Assembly (NCBI RefSeq): GCF_947623445.1
Contig: NC_135248.1
Span: forward strand, 2,598,977-2,662,976
Reading direction: 5' to 3'
Length of the DNA stretch: 64,000 nucleotides
Origin: Clavelina lepadiformis
Lineage: Eukaryota
Program-made: the position numbers and the translations under genes
Notes under the pieces: model-generated
The model's input: the letters and a program-made list of their open reading frames with translations, nothing else
The model's database searches: none
Told to the model about the DNA's origin: nothing
In this document: positions 48,638 through 62,067 of the stretch, piece after piece
Numbering within the stretch: position 1 is the stretch's first letter
Layout of the letters: each line of letters opens with the position of its first letter

Positions 48638-51202
48638 GTATGTATCTCATTCTCAGTGTTGTTATAGTATAAAGAATGGTACACTTTATTTTCTCTGATA
48701 TAACATAATTTTTTTATAGTATATTGATTTACTTTATGCAACTTTGGTAATTATGTTTTTAGTAAAACACAACCCAACACTAAATTACAGAATTATCATT
48801 TTGAAGGGTTTGAATCAGTTTAAATTGATTCAAATCCTAAAAATGTACTGTATAATGTGTGAGCCATACATCTTTTCAAACCAAATTTGTGACTTTTTAC
48901 TTGGTACAACTTGGATAAATATTAATGATCTTATAAACACCTGGTAGCAGTAAACAAAACAATTTACAGCCAGATTATGTCACAAAAATAAAAGTAAATG
49001 GTAGCATAGATGTTTTACCGTTTTTTATTTAGCATTAATAGTTCTTGTACAATTCTCTTCAAACTGAAACATGCTCATCTGCAGTTTCTTTAAATTTTCA
49101 CAATTTTTATGAGGAAATGTGTGTGCATTTTACTGATGATAAATACTGTCATTCATGGCTTTGTGACTTCATAACCAAATTATTAGACAGGACAGTGCAA
49201 TAGGATATATTCTGGTTAAATATCTTGGATTTGTACAAGTTTGAAAAGTTGGCTCTATACGTATAGTTCCTCGCCATACTTCAATAATTCACCTAAGAAT
49301 TTTGTGCTTCATCACGCTGATGCAGACACCTCATTACACTGTTTGAATGGTTGTAACTTGCAAAATCTATTTTTCGTGTTGTGTGTGTTTTCTTGCTTTG
49401 CCTGAAATAGTTCTATCAAGGTTTTAATTGTGATGGAAAGATCACAAACAGGCTCAGCTTCTGTGATGTGGATTGTAGAGTATTTTGATTATACATTTCA
49501 TCACCTTAGTGCTTTTGCTGTTTTCTATTCAGCTGAATTTTTTATAATTTTTTGCAAACTTTTTACATTTAATTTTTCTATTTATATGAATTTTCATATT
49601 ATTTTTTTTATACATACATATATCTATCTAATACTGTCACTGCTTATACTGAAAGATTCACATTAACCAGATGGCCTTTGAAAGATACATATTAGAAATT
49701 CAAATAATCTGATGTGAATTGCATCTTGCACACAGATGTATAAAATAAAAGCAACAGGGGATTCCCATAGATTTAATTTAGGTTTTTATTTTGATCTATT
49801 TGGTATTTGGCTACGTTAAAGCTGAATATGTCACTCCAGAGTTTTGCCTAATTTCAGTTTTTATTTCGGAATTGAAAATACACCTGTGGTTATATTAGAT
49901 ATGTTTAGTATTAGGATTTATATAGTCCACATATACCGTGATTATGGTCAAGTAACCTATGATATTATGTTGTTATGTATATAATACTTGAATTAGTCTT
50001 GAATTTGTAAACTCTTCTCTGTTACGGTAACTTTGAAATTATATATCAAATAAAATTATATGGTTGCTTTTTTACTGTAAAAACTATATATATGTATAAT
50101 ACTATAAAAACCGACTATATGTAACGAAATGAAATATGGCATGCAGTTGATGTGGATAAGGTAACATTAAGTATCCTGTATTTTTAAAATAACGAGTCCT
50201 AAATTAAATTGTGTTCGAATGACTCATCATGCTTTGCAAGTTGAAGCTGTTTCCTTAAATATTTTTAGACTTTGTTTAAAATAGATGTTGATCTGTATTT
50301 TGTCAACGCAGTTTGGTTTGTGAAAAAATATTTCCAGTCAAAACCTGTCAACATTTTATGGTGAACTGCTAGTGGTGACACACTTCCTGTTCAAGAATTA
50401 GTGGAGCATCCCATGATGACTATTTTCAGTTATCATTTTGGCACTAATTAAAATAACGTATTTTTTGCCTAGCCTATATAAGCATGTTGATGATAGTGAA
50501 AGGTTCATAGCGAAGATTTAGTTATGCTTGAGTTAGTTAGTTTTTCAACAAAGCACGGTGCTTAATGTGTGCTATGCTTGTAGGAAGTGAATTGCACTTG
50601 CTTGTTCTTTAAAGTGCTGTTGTAAACAAGGTTCAGGTATTCTTTGTATGCAAGGTAAAGAATTATTTTTGTGGTTTTATAAAATTTTGCACGACTTGGC
50701 ACATTTTGAATACAAACAACATAAAACCCCAATTTTTGCAATTAAATTAAATGTTAGTATTGCTTTGAATCGAGTTAATAGAACTCTAGAAATTTAGAAA
50801 AGCAATTCACTTACCAAGTTTTGATTGCGTGTATATTATATAGTATTTGCGAACTTGGCCTGGTCATGCTAGTGTGTGACTGTGAGTGGTTTTTAAATAT
50901 TGTTATATATTGTTTTACCTCACTAGCTAACTGAAGAGAATGTATATAACTACACAAATTTTCTTAAACTATATTTTCAAATTAGATGTTTTTTTATTTT
51001 TACATGTAATTTGATTTTAAAAATTTTGGCTTAAATATATACGTTTAGATAAAATTTACATAATTATAGATGACAGTTTTTGTGGAAGTGAGTAGATAAT
51101 TTATTTCATTCGTATTAGCAAAATTGGCATGTGTATATTATAGTTATTAAAAGAGCATACATAGTTTTAATTTATTTTTTTCAACTGTTCATTGTGTTTC
51201 AG

Positions 51203-51456
51203 ATTTAATGATCATATTCTTAAATGTTACAGACAAGCAAATCTCCAAGTTCAATGCCAGTTCACCAGATTTATTCTCCCTCAATGCAATGAGCAACAAA
51301 TACAATGTATTTTCTGGTGGATATGTCAAAGTTCATGTTTTATCTGAAATGTCTAACATGAACATTTTCGAAAAGCTGCTACACCACACCAGATCTCTCA
51401 AACAGTGGGAGATTCATGACATTAGTCTTGAGCAAGATGAAATCGTATCAAAAATG
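51203..51456 (+). CDS. CMIP: CMIP-like (PH + LRR protein) exon
   Basis: Acceptor gtgtttcag|. Anchored to ORF 51208-51474. Encodes ...NIFEKLLHHTRSLKQWEIHDISLEQDEIVSKM. Donor ATG|GTGTGT. Confidence 0.55.
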
Positions 51457-51628
51457 GTGTGTAATATTTGCTAGGCTGCTTAAAAATTTTTCTTCTTGTC
51501 ACACTAATTTTCGATTTGTTATAAATACTCGTTGTGATGTGTAATCGGTTTACGTTCTTGGTAACATAATAAAACTTACTATGGCTTGATTATCTATTTA
51601 TTTTAAAGCGTTTTTTTCCTTCTTATAG

Positions 51629-51754
51629 CCAACTGGGATTTTTAGCACACCGTTGCCTTATTCTTCAATATTAGGTGTTATGTCTGTGGACTTAACAAGA
51701 GAACCCATCAACTGTGTAAAAATCGTAACAAGCTCTTGTACCTATCTGCTTCAG
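51629..51754 (+). CDS. CMIP: CMIP-like exon
   Basis: cttatag| PTGIFSTPLPYSSILGVMSVDLTREPINCVKIVTSSCTYLLQ |GTAATA. Only this frame is open; phase 0. Confidence 0.6.
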
Positions 51755-51870
51755 GTAATAATTACCTCGTAAATTTTTGTTGTTAATTAAAGCTCCCAGT
51801 TTGTCTGTTTTAAGAAATTGCAGTTTAAGTCGTGATAAATTTTCAGTAACTTTTTCCAATTCACATCCAG

Positions 51871-51921
51871 GCACCAAATGCTTATCAAAGAGACCGTTGG
51901 TTTTACACAATTGAGTGGAAG
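51871..51921 (+). CDS. CMIP: CMIP-like exon
   Basis: catccag| APNAYQRDRWFYTIEWK |GTACTT. Confidence 0.55.
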
Positions 51922-52006
51922 GTACTTGAGAATAATACACATCTTGTGCTGTATTTTTATTACTCTATTCAACCGACAGTATATAAATCCGACTTTGTTC
52001 ATTTAG

Positions 52007-52078
52007 ATGAACGTGCACAAATACAGAATGAAGTTGTATAACTCTGTAAAGCCTGAAGCGTTACTCTATGAACTGAAG
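52007..52078 (+). CDS. CMIP: CMIP-like exon
   Basis: catttag| MNVHKYRMKLYNSVKPEALLYELK |GTAAAT. Confidence 0.55.
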
Positions 52079-52212
52079 GTAAATTCAACATTCTTAGGTT
52101 TGTCATCATTAACTTCAGATTTGGATCTTTAAAATCGTGCATAGTTTTCACATCGTAAATTTTAACACAAATCAGTTTGTTCTCATACACCTTGTGAATT
52201 TCCAAATTTCAG

Positions 52213-52302
52213 GTCCTGGTCTCTTTGACCGTAGATTGCCCTCTGTACATTGATGACACGCACCAAGTTCTCTTGGATATTGTTTCCTGCCTATTGTCAC
52301 AG
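52213..52302 (+). CDS. CMIP: CMIP-like exon
   Basis: aatttcag| VLVSLTVDCPLYIDDTHQVLLDIVSCLLSQ |GTAGTC. Confidence 0.55.
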
Positions 52303-52645
52303 GTAGTCCAATATTCTGAAGAGAAATGCATTATGACAGGCTGAAATGCTTGCCAAGCGGCTTTCGGCCAATTTCTGGTTCAGTGATTTATTAAAAATTT
52401 AACTATTTTAAATTTCTTACTGTATGTTGTTCTGAGTGACGTTAATGAGCTGGGGGCTACATGTTATTAGGTATTGAAAGATTGCCTGTAGAGAGTTAAT
52501 TATAAACGGGTGTCCAAAAATAGGCACAGTTGTTTTTGATAGCTTTACTTCTTATTCTATAGCCATGGGCTGTTGTACTATTTTTCTAAATAATGGTTAG
52601 AAGGTTGTTGTGTGTGCTATTTCAAGTTTACTTTAACTTTCATAG

Positions 52646-52690
52646 AAATCTGAAGCCATGAGCAATGTCTCGCATGAGGAACTTATCACG
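52646..52690 (+). CDS. CMIP: CMIP-like exon
   Basis: tttcatag| KSEAMSNVSHEELIT |GTAAGC. Confidence 0.5.
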
Positions 52691-52959
52691 GTAAGCTTTT
52701 GAATTGAAGTAACACTTTGCATATTTATGTGTGATATACATGTACAGGCTACCCATCTTAGAAAAGGTTTATTACACTATTAAAAACTTTTTCGTAGCAA
52801 TATATCTAGATAATGTTTAATGTCCCATGATAAGCTACAGTTGATACTCTTAAATTTTCAAGATACCACCATTAAATATGTCTGCTAACCTTAAAATGAA
52901 ACAAAAATTGAAAATGCATTTTACCAAACGTTTTATGAAGCAACGTTTTGTTTTTGTAG

Positions 52960-53022
52960 GCGCTTGCTCCTTTAGTTGACCAGAACCAACCGTCCCTGGA
53001 AATATGCAATTTTTTCTCAAAG
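52960..53022 (+). CDS. CMIP: CMIP-like exon
   Basis: tttttgtag| ALAPLVDQNQPSLEICNFFSK |GTGACC. Confidence 0.5.
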
Positions 53023-54267
53023 GTGACCGCTTTTTCTGAATGTTGTTTATACTAAAGCCTAGATATGTTTTATGCATTTCCATGCATCGGTACCTAGGGT
53101 TATGTGTTTGTGTGTAATAAGGTAGTCGGCAACAACCTGAGAGAAAACGTTTGTGTATCATAAATTAATCCGTAAAACCTCAGAAGACCAGTCCGTGTTT
53201 TCGAAAGAATCGAAATGGAATGGAGTATTATGTCTACTGTGTATAATAAACTGGTATTTGGGGGTCTTTTCTAAACAGCGAATCGTTGACGTATTTATGG
53301 CTAACTCAAATGACGCATGTTCATGGATGTCTCATTTCGTACACGCTTTCACACGTCATACATGCCGCAAGGGTTGTGTATGTTAATGTGATATCATTGC
53401 CCTTAGCGAATTTGCAGCTTTGTCTGCAGCTGTTTGGGGTTTGACTAAATCGTTTACTTGGTGCGGAATTACACGTTGCCGATTAGCATTACGGTTATTA
53501 GCAATTTAAAACTACATTTTTCTTCCCTAATTAAATTTCATCCCTAAAGGACGCGTTTTGTGGACTGTTTCCATAGCTGTTGATTTCTGCGCTAGTCATG
53601 TAGCAACAGACACATTACACACAGTGGAAATCCTAAAAACCTGTTGAAGTGCGTTTGTGCTCGAACCTAACTAAAAACAATCCTTGCCCACACAATTCGT
53701 TTTCGCCTATCTGCCGCCGTTACAATATAGTTGATCAGTCTGCTAATTATGTTTACATTTATTTTTGTTTGTTTTTTGTATAAGTAGCGTTTAAAAGAAA
53801 CACCCCCGTTTTAGGTCGTTGTAGCGATAACAGACTAGTCATACGCGTGACGTCAATATGACGATTTTGTCACGTCACTAAAGTCTAAAAAAGCTGCCAT
53901 GTACGCATTTTAAAATAGCTTTTTATTGGTCTTTTTCCTTTGGCCAAGGACTCGCAGTATACGTTTATGAAGTTCCCCCGAACTTTGCTTGGTATCAAGT
54001 TGCACCAACAGCAGTTTCTCAAAAGCCCAGACGGGGCTCAGATGTTATGGCTGAGGCCCTTTTTGCAATTACCCAAGGTCACTGAAATGTCAAACCGAAA
54101 TTAGAGGAAACCTATTTTTGGCAACTTCGAGCCCCTGCTCTTTTCTATGCCGATATAGATCTTTGTTGAACCATATCAAATGCCATCTAGTACTGTACAT
54201 TCTTACATTTACAATAGACCTACTGTGCTGTGTTAAGTTCCCGTGCCGCACTTCCGCATGTGTTTGA

Positions 54268-54423
<156 letters not shown>

Positions 54424-56191
54424 TAACATCAGTTTGAAATACTGTAGTACAGCTAGCATAGCATGTTATGTCTATATTAAGTATCTGTATTAGAATAACA
54501 CCGTTGTCGAGTGACCGCAGACACTAATTTCGTTGTTTTGTGAGTTGTATCCGTTTGTCTACTGCGTGTTGTTTTGACTTGTCAGGGCGCGGTTTCTCCT
54601 TGATCGTTTCAAAGATGAACTCTGTAATTTATTTTGTCCAAAAAATAAACATCTGTTTGGTTAGATAATTATTATCTGTTCATTTCCTTGATTACCAATT
54701 TCAAGCGCATTTTCAACCAAGTATGTGATATTACGTGTAACTGCATAACACAAAAAAATGTTTGCGTCATTTTTAAACTCTCCGAATCTGCCAAAATGTC
54801 CCCGTGTTTCACACGTCAGATCATCGTGACGTCACACTAAGAAGAATCAGTGAGTAATAAAATGTTGGTTCGCTTCCTGTTGGACTGATCTGTTACAAAC
54901 GAGCGGGCATGCTCTGGTCTGCTGGTTAACACAAGCCAAGCAAAAACCGATAGTGTTCTGAGAAAGTCATCACTGTCAACACGCGTTTTTTCACTCCCTT
55001 GTGCTATTTGGCACTTTATGCTCTCAACCTTCGGAAACCGGGTATCAATTGGAACATAATCTTGTATGTAACGATTTCATTTCGCTATTTCACTGCGTGT
55101 GAATTACTCTGCGCAATACGGTGTCTCCATCGTTATGTTATTTATGTACCCCCAAGATTTTACACCAATGGCTTATTGCAATCGGTAGCCCCGTTTCTTT
55201 GACTTTCTTATTTTCTTATGTAGAACTTTGCTCTGCTTGGTTTGTTTTTCTATCACCGATGGAATGGTTTCATAACATGCATAGTAGGCGTTTACTTTTA
55301 GACCTAACTCCCCCTTTTTACTCTTTGTGATATAAAATCATGTAACTGTGCGTATAACATAGATCATTTCCTACGTTAATTTAGCGGTAACTGCTACCGA
55401 CTTCGATGAAGTTATTTTCGCTCGTTGCTTTTGAGCTATTCATGACCGTAGTTTTTTAAATCGATGCCATGGAAATAGCGTGGATGGAAGCGAAATAAGC
55501 CGAAAGGTGGAAATAGCTTGTTGTAGTTTGAAAGTTCTATAAAGTCGTCCGCACTGAAGACGTGTCTGCCTTGATACAACGTTGTATGCCTCGGAATCTA
55601 TGCTGAAATAGCCTCATCTTCGAGACGGTAATCGGTAACCACTTTACATGTAATACTCGAATATAGGTAGTATTTTTTTAAATGTGTTCCACATATTACG
55701 CTAATAATGCCACAATTATTACCATAATCAACACATTCCAAATTCTGAACAACGCATTCGAAAAACCAAAGTCGAGTCGAGTATTTTGCATTTAGTAAAG
55801 GCTTTTTCCGGTGAACCGATCGTTTTTAAACCTTCGTGATCTCCTTGGTCCGGTAGTTGGTTGGTCTTGCCACATTTACCTTTGTATCGTGGAGTCGTCT
55901 TTTTGTGAAACTTTCCGGACTTTCACAATTTTCTTGGCATTAAGACCGATGGCATGCATTGACCATATCCGGTCAGTGCACTGGTTGTGTAATGACTCGG
56001 TGTATTGTTTAACCGTTACAAAGCATAAAACGTTTAGGTGAAAATTGCATGTTATGTAACCAAAATCTTTTCGAAAAAGTTTACAGTAGAAAATTAGTGC
56101 CATCACCAAAATCGAAAGGTTTTTGTGAACTCAAATAACCGCATCAGTTGTGCAGTCCTTGCATTAGTTGTAATAAATGTCAAATGTGTGA

Positions 56192-56404
<213 letters not shown>

Positions 56405-56686
56405 TAAGTGTGTTATGCTACACGGAATTTTAATTCCAACGATTGCGTTCGATATTGCTCATTACGATTTTCCCGGATTAACAACCATGCGAACGGCCCG
56501 CAATATACCGTCCGCTATAGGCTCGGCATTCTTTCGTTTCCTGTTTGGATTTCACGTCACACCAGTTACTTGAGAGTTCTATTTTTACATTTTTAACACA
56601 GCTGCATATCACGTTTCGCAAAGTCAAAAGCTAGCGACCATGCAATCGCTCATGCACCATCTTAGTTATATTATCGTTATATTCAG

Positions 56687-56919
56687 CGGCGAAAAGTTCA
56701 TCGCCCTAAAGCACAAACGGACGAAGACTCCAGTTGCAACTGCAGTGTCGCCTGTCAACGAACACACAAAAAACAACCTGAATAACCGCGTTCAAGCGAT
56801 TGCAACCGATGTCAAAAACACAAAAAATTCGTTGCAAGAAAATTTAAACAAACAACTGCAGCAGAAGGAACAGCAAAACAGCGACGCTAAACCTCTAAAC
56901 AACAGCAAGCAGAATCGAG
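56687..56919 (+). CDS. CMIP: CMIP-like exon (low-complexity linker)
   Basis: Acceptor ttatattcag| lies inside ORF 56640-56957. Encodes SGEKFIALKHKRTKTPVATAVSPVNEH...QQNSDAKPLNNSKQNR. Donor GAG|GTAAAA, phase 1. Confidence 0.45.
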
Positions 56920-57029
56920 GTAAAACAGGATGCTGTACATTTAAAAATAGATTTTGAAGCCTAACTATTTGAACGGTTGATACGACATTTGCTCGTAATG
57001 CATTTTATTCTGTCATCGTCTCTTAACAG

Positions 57030-57153
57030 CCGACCTTAACCTAAAGGAGTCGTACACCGCTAAACTCAACAAATTGGATGAAGGCAACAAGCATGAAATG
57101 GCTGATGAGAATTATCAGGTCGTCGTGCTTTTTGTCGAAGTTCTTAAGGAAAT
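57030..57153 (+). CDS. CMIP: CMIP-like exon
   Basis: ttaacag| (A)DLNLKESYTAKLNKLDEGNKHEMADENYQVVVLFVEVLKEM |GTGAGC. Phase 2 out. Confidence 0.45.
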
Positions 57154-57369
57154 GTGAGCAAACATCTTCTATACATTAGTTTAAATAATTGTGGGCTATG
57201 TGTTTTTTATAGATTGGTTACGATGATACAACACTGTGATATTTCATTGTGTATTATGAATCAAGATGGTCAAATTATTTTCAATAAGCCTGTTACAGTT
57301 AGCTCAGTTATATGACGAATTTGATATTTTGTTTTATTTTTCCTCCGTAACAAACACGTATTTATTTAG

Positions 57370-57435
57370 ATCGAAAATACTTGACTGGTGTCCTGGACTG
57401 GCAAGCCTGCTGCAACCTTTACCCTTTCCTGATGA
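57370..57435 (+). CDS. CMIP: CMIP-like exon
   Basis: Acceptor tatttag|, inside ORF 57266-57457. Encodes (I)SKILDWCPGLASLLQPLPFPD. Donor GA|GTATGT. Phase 2 to phase 2. Confidence 0.55.
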
Positions 57436-57786
57436 GTATGTGCTTATTCATTTATGACGCCACATAGAATCATAATACCCATTGTATACAAACTCGAATT
57501 TGCGAACAACAATTCAAATTTCCTCTTCACGTACAGTCACTTACGTCATAAAAACTATTTTTAAGTGGCTATGCACATGTGAGAAAATTAATCCCATGAC
57601 AATAACAGCAAGCTAAAATCCTTGCTGCTTGTACTGTCTTACTGACGGGCAGAAGACTTCTGAAACGAAAGTAGCACTCGATATAATTTTGAAAGCCCAG
57701 TTACTGCGTAGTGTTTAGAGCTTGGTGTTAACACCTATTGTTTTTTAAGTGTTGTCGTTTTTCACCAGTGCGTTTTATTTTCGCAG

Positions 57787-57813
57787 ATCCATGACCAATC
57801 TACAGTTTACAAG
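57787..57813 (+). CDS. CMIP: CMIP-like micro-exon (27 nt)
   Basis: tttcgcag| (E)SMTNLQFT |GTAAGT. Phase 2 to phase 2. It links the flanking exons in frame. Confidence 0.45.
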
Positions 57814-57985
57814 GTAAGTTTCATCCTTTCGAAATACCCGGGTCCTTCTTTTTAATTGAACGTCTCGAAAACTATAACTTACTGATTCTATTACAACTCT
57901 ATATGCGTCAAGTTGATTAAATTACTCATGTTATTGTTTATGTTGCTATTTCACTTCAAACAAATTTCCACCGCCCAAAAAATAA

Positions 57986-58222
<237 letters not shown>

Positions 58223-58647
58223 TAAGTTCTTTATCGGCGGATGTGCTTGTCGAAAAGATACGTTATCAAATTTCAATAACTATCATTATCCATTTGAACT
58301 TTGAAATTAAATATTAATAATAGTAAGAGTTCCCAACGTTTCGCGTTCACGTCTCAGTGTTTTTAAAGCACCTTTGCTCTTTAAACGGCTTTTTGCTTGT
58401 ATTGTATTCGGTGAAGTTTGCCATCGCTTTCCCAGCCTACTTTCTTTTCGCCTTTAACACAATATATTTAGCCTAGAATCAAGCGTATACGCTTTGATCT
58501 TATGTTCCTTAATTAGTGTGATATCGCCTTCTTTCCTCTGATTATAAGCTTCTTTCAACATGATTTCACTGCTTTGACGTCATTGCTTTTGCGTGACGAT
58601 TGCGTTTAATACCAGCAAAGCCCATTATCAATTTTTTTAATCTTTAG

Positions 58648-58773
58648 ACGGAAGCCCTGCTGAAACCGGGCATGCAAACTGGAAAGTTAAAGAAATTTCT
58701 GGCAACACTGGCCAAAACCCATTTACAAGTAGTAGTTATGCTTGCTCTGAGAGAGAACGAAGTGATGATTAAG
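58648..58773 (+). CDS. CMIP: CMIP-like exon
   Basis: tctttag| TEALLKPGMQTGKLKKFLATLAKTHLQVVVMLALRENEVMIK |GTAAGT. Confidence 0.55.
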
Positions 58774-60351
58774 GTAAGTAATTTGCATATCCCGCACGCC
58801 TGACCACCACTCAACCCACTTAAAACAACCGCGATTTACGTAAGTTAGCCTCTCCATGTAGCTTTTACTTTGGATAATAGAGGGTTGTAAATAGCTTTTG
58901 GAAGTACTTACCAAGTTAATACCGGCATTGACAAATTTCTAAGTATTATTTTTATGAAAATCATCTCAACGTTTTCCGTTTAACCGACCCAAACGCAATA
59001 ACAATAGCCTTAGATGTGGATTGGCATGACATTCGTTCGGCGTTATCAAGAAGTACAATTCTTACAGCACACTTGGTTTAATCCCTCACCTAATTGCTTA
59101 GAATGAGTCCTGGGCCCAATTGTGCCTGGTTATAAATTCTTTGAACACTATAACACACGAACGTTACTATTTTTGAAATGTAAATATAGGATGTCCGTCC
59201 CGACATGAATAATTTAAGCGCTCGCTGCATATTACACCTCTTCGACAAAGACGGGTCATGCGGGTGCGGGGCGTGAGCCTTTGTGTTTGATTTGTAATTA
59301 TGTTTCGTCGCTCGCTTGTCTGCTTTATTGACAAATGCGCTCCATTGTTGATTGCCGTGATGTCAACCTGTAATTACATTTACGTGGTTTTGTCTCGGCG
59401 TCTGTACCCAACCTACAGCTGTATTGCGTTCCCTGCGGTGTAATATGTCGGTTATTATTTTCTTTGAACTAACTAACTGGATGCTTCTTAGATGTGTTTA
59501 ATCATCAAATTGAATGAAATTTAACCAGAGCAGAATTTTGAGATTGTTCGGTTCGTTTCTGTTAGATGAAGATGGTAAATTATCTCTACACATCATAACA
59601 ACTAAGAAAAAGTTTTTAAAGTGCTCAAACTTTTGCCAAATTAACTCCCAGTTTATCAGCGGATCCTTATGTCTATGCCAAGCTCTATCTGTAACATTTC
59701 ATCAAAATCCGTGACTCTCTTTTTAAGTAATTTAGCTAACAGACCAATTAGCCAACAACCAAACGATGTTGGAAACATAACCTTCTAGACGGGAGTAATT
59801 AAACGCAGCATACGCATCATATCGAATTTGATTTCCAGAAACGATTTTGATATCGGAACCAAATTAAACTCTGGTTCATTTAGGCTGAGTACACACTTAA
59901 GATGAACTTCATATGAAACACAAATGGGCCTATGCCGCTTCAATTTGCTCAGAGCATTGATTGGATGAGCGCTGAATACAGTCGTACCCTTGTCTAAGTT
60001 AACACATTGTGACGTGACTAACTCATTGTGTAATGTTGTTGAAATGGGTAAAGATCCCCTACCATTGGTATCAAAGTTGACGGTGGCTGAACCGTGTTGG
60101 CCCGGTATACAGTAAAATAAAAAAAAATATATATATATGATAGCATTCTAGGCTCCTAGTACACCCGATGAAGCAAACAGATGCTAACAAAAGCTCGTGC
60201 AAAGAAATTAAAAATAAAAGTTAACCATAGATTGCCATCCTATATTCTACTTCTTTATTCTGCCCTTGTTGGTAAGATTTCTAGCCAGGTTTTCTGTACG
60301 TCACAAACAAACCTCTTGACGTTAATATTAAACACATAAATTTCATCAAAG

Positions 60352-60531
60352 GTCTTGAGGGATATGCTCCAGATGGGAATCTTAACCGATGAGCAAGAGC
60401 AGCTTCGTGTCGTGTCCGCACTTCGTTGCACCCCCAGCGGAAAGGAGATGTACGAAGAACTGAAATCTCTTCTCATGGTTTTGACTCAGAAAAAGGGTCC
60501 GAAAGCATTCACTTTGGCGCCGAATTCGACG
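60352..60531 (+). CDS. CMIP: CMIP-like exon
   Basis: Anchored to ORF 60355-60594. catcaaag| VLRDMLQMGILTDEQEQLRVVSALRCTPSGKEMYEELKSLLMVLTQKKGPKAFTLAPNST |GTAAGT. Confidence 0.65.
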
Positions 60532-61920
60532 GTAAGTGCACAACTTAGCGTACTGCATGCGCAAAAGCGTAAGTCGTTTAGACTGACTTTGTAGGTTTTG
60601 GGTGAAGGAACGCAATAATTTTACCAAAACAGTCGCTCTCTTCGTAAAGCTATGAAGGCTGTTATAGTCGCTCAAAAACACACCCAACTTACTGTATGAA
60701 ACGTACAGCAAACAATTTTTAGTGGATCTAGGGCATAGTAAAAACCAAAGGGGTTACACGAAGGACAGGCAGTGTTGTGATTTTCTCCTTGCTACAACAA
60801 TCCGCTCATTCCTATTAGACGTCGATTTTAGGTGCATATAAACTTGATGGAAAGCGCTTGAAGTAGCCCACAATTTGTACAAGCCATCTACCAACAGCAA
60901 CTTCCGGCGTCGTCCATAAATAGATTCATTATTTTCAATTTAACTCATTCATGGGACCATGGCTACTTATGGCAGAGTTTTGCGCGTTTTTTTACCTCAG
61001 CTGCAATATTTGCCAACTCACAAAACTTCGTCTAAGGTAGTTGTGCCAACTGTTGTGTGATTCAGGCCTATTTATACATCACAATAGTCTCAATGCTTTA
61101 CATATTGCACCCTGTCGCATAATATCAAACGTCACTGTACTATTTTAGCATAGTGTATGCCACTGACGCTTACCCTCAAGTCAGGCAAGTAACTTAGTCA
61201 AGTCATGTGATAACGAGAATAAACTCAGTATATTTGCAAGTAGCGTGCATACATCTTTTCCACACGAGATATAATATGGTTGTATGGGTTTAGAATTTCT
61301 TTGATTTCTATAATCTATAAAATAACAATCTATAAATACACAAAAACGTAATGTTAAGTCTGTCGTAATATTTTATTGGTAGAGTAAAACTCGCTATAAA
61401 TCTTATTGCCCGCCGTAAAAATGTATACAACTCGGCATTGTGTCGAGTGGTTTTTAATGATTTTCCGCTATTTGCCCTAGGTTTAAAAATGCTGAACTAG
61501 GCTCGCTTGGGTCAACGGCTGCAGATATATTTAGATAAATAGCGCGTGTGTGTATTTTAAAAGTTACAAGAGCACGGTTTAACCCGTACGCTTGCACATG
61601 CTTAAAAACTACTTTCGACGTTCACTTTGTGTTAAAAGCGACGCTGAAAACACTTTGTTGCAAGAGCATTATCCAGCTATTTTGACAACATGTCGGCCGC
61701 ATGCACGTTTTTATCTAAATCTGTCCGTGGCAAAGACGTGAAATTTCCTGTGTCACGTGCAGTTATTTGTACGTTCGCTCGTGCGTCATTTCCTTCTATG
61801 CCGGAAGTAGGCAGTTTAGTTGAATTTATTAACCTACAGTTACTGACGTACAGACGTACGGCCAATACTTTTTGACGTCTACATATACGTTATATTCGTG
61901 CTACTTGTACTTTGCTTCAG

Positions 61921-62067
61921 GATAGCGACCTACGTACACTCTTCGGAACCGGTTCTTGGGGTAGTTTGGAGCATTTGGATCTTTCCTTCACCCATGTGAC
62001 GTCAGCATCGGTCGATGTCTTACGTTATCTCCCTAACCTACGTCATCTCAACTTGTGGGCAACTCAG
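61921..62067 (+). CDS. CMIP: CMIP-like exon (start of the LRR region)
   Basis: Anchored to ORF 61912-62154. ttgcttcag| DSDLRTLFGTGSWGSLEHLDLSFTHVTSASVDVLRYLPNLRHLNLWATQ |GTAATT. Confidence 0.65.

Noticed and set aside
56640-56686. ATG at 56640 (ORF MQSLMHHLSYIIV...) as the start of a separate gene
   Set aside because: The upstream exon at 56195-56403 ends in phase 2. It joins in frame to an internal acceptor ttatattcag| at 56686/56687 inside this ORF, continuing the CMIP-like protein. A new gene starting 230 bp after the previous exon is implausible.
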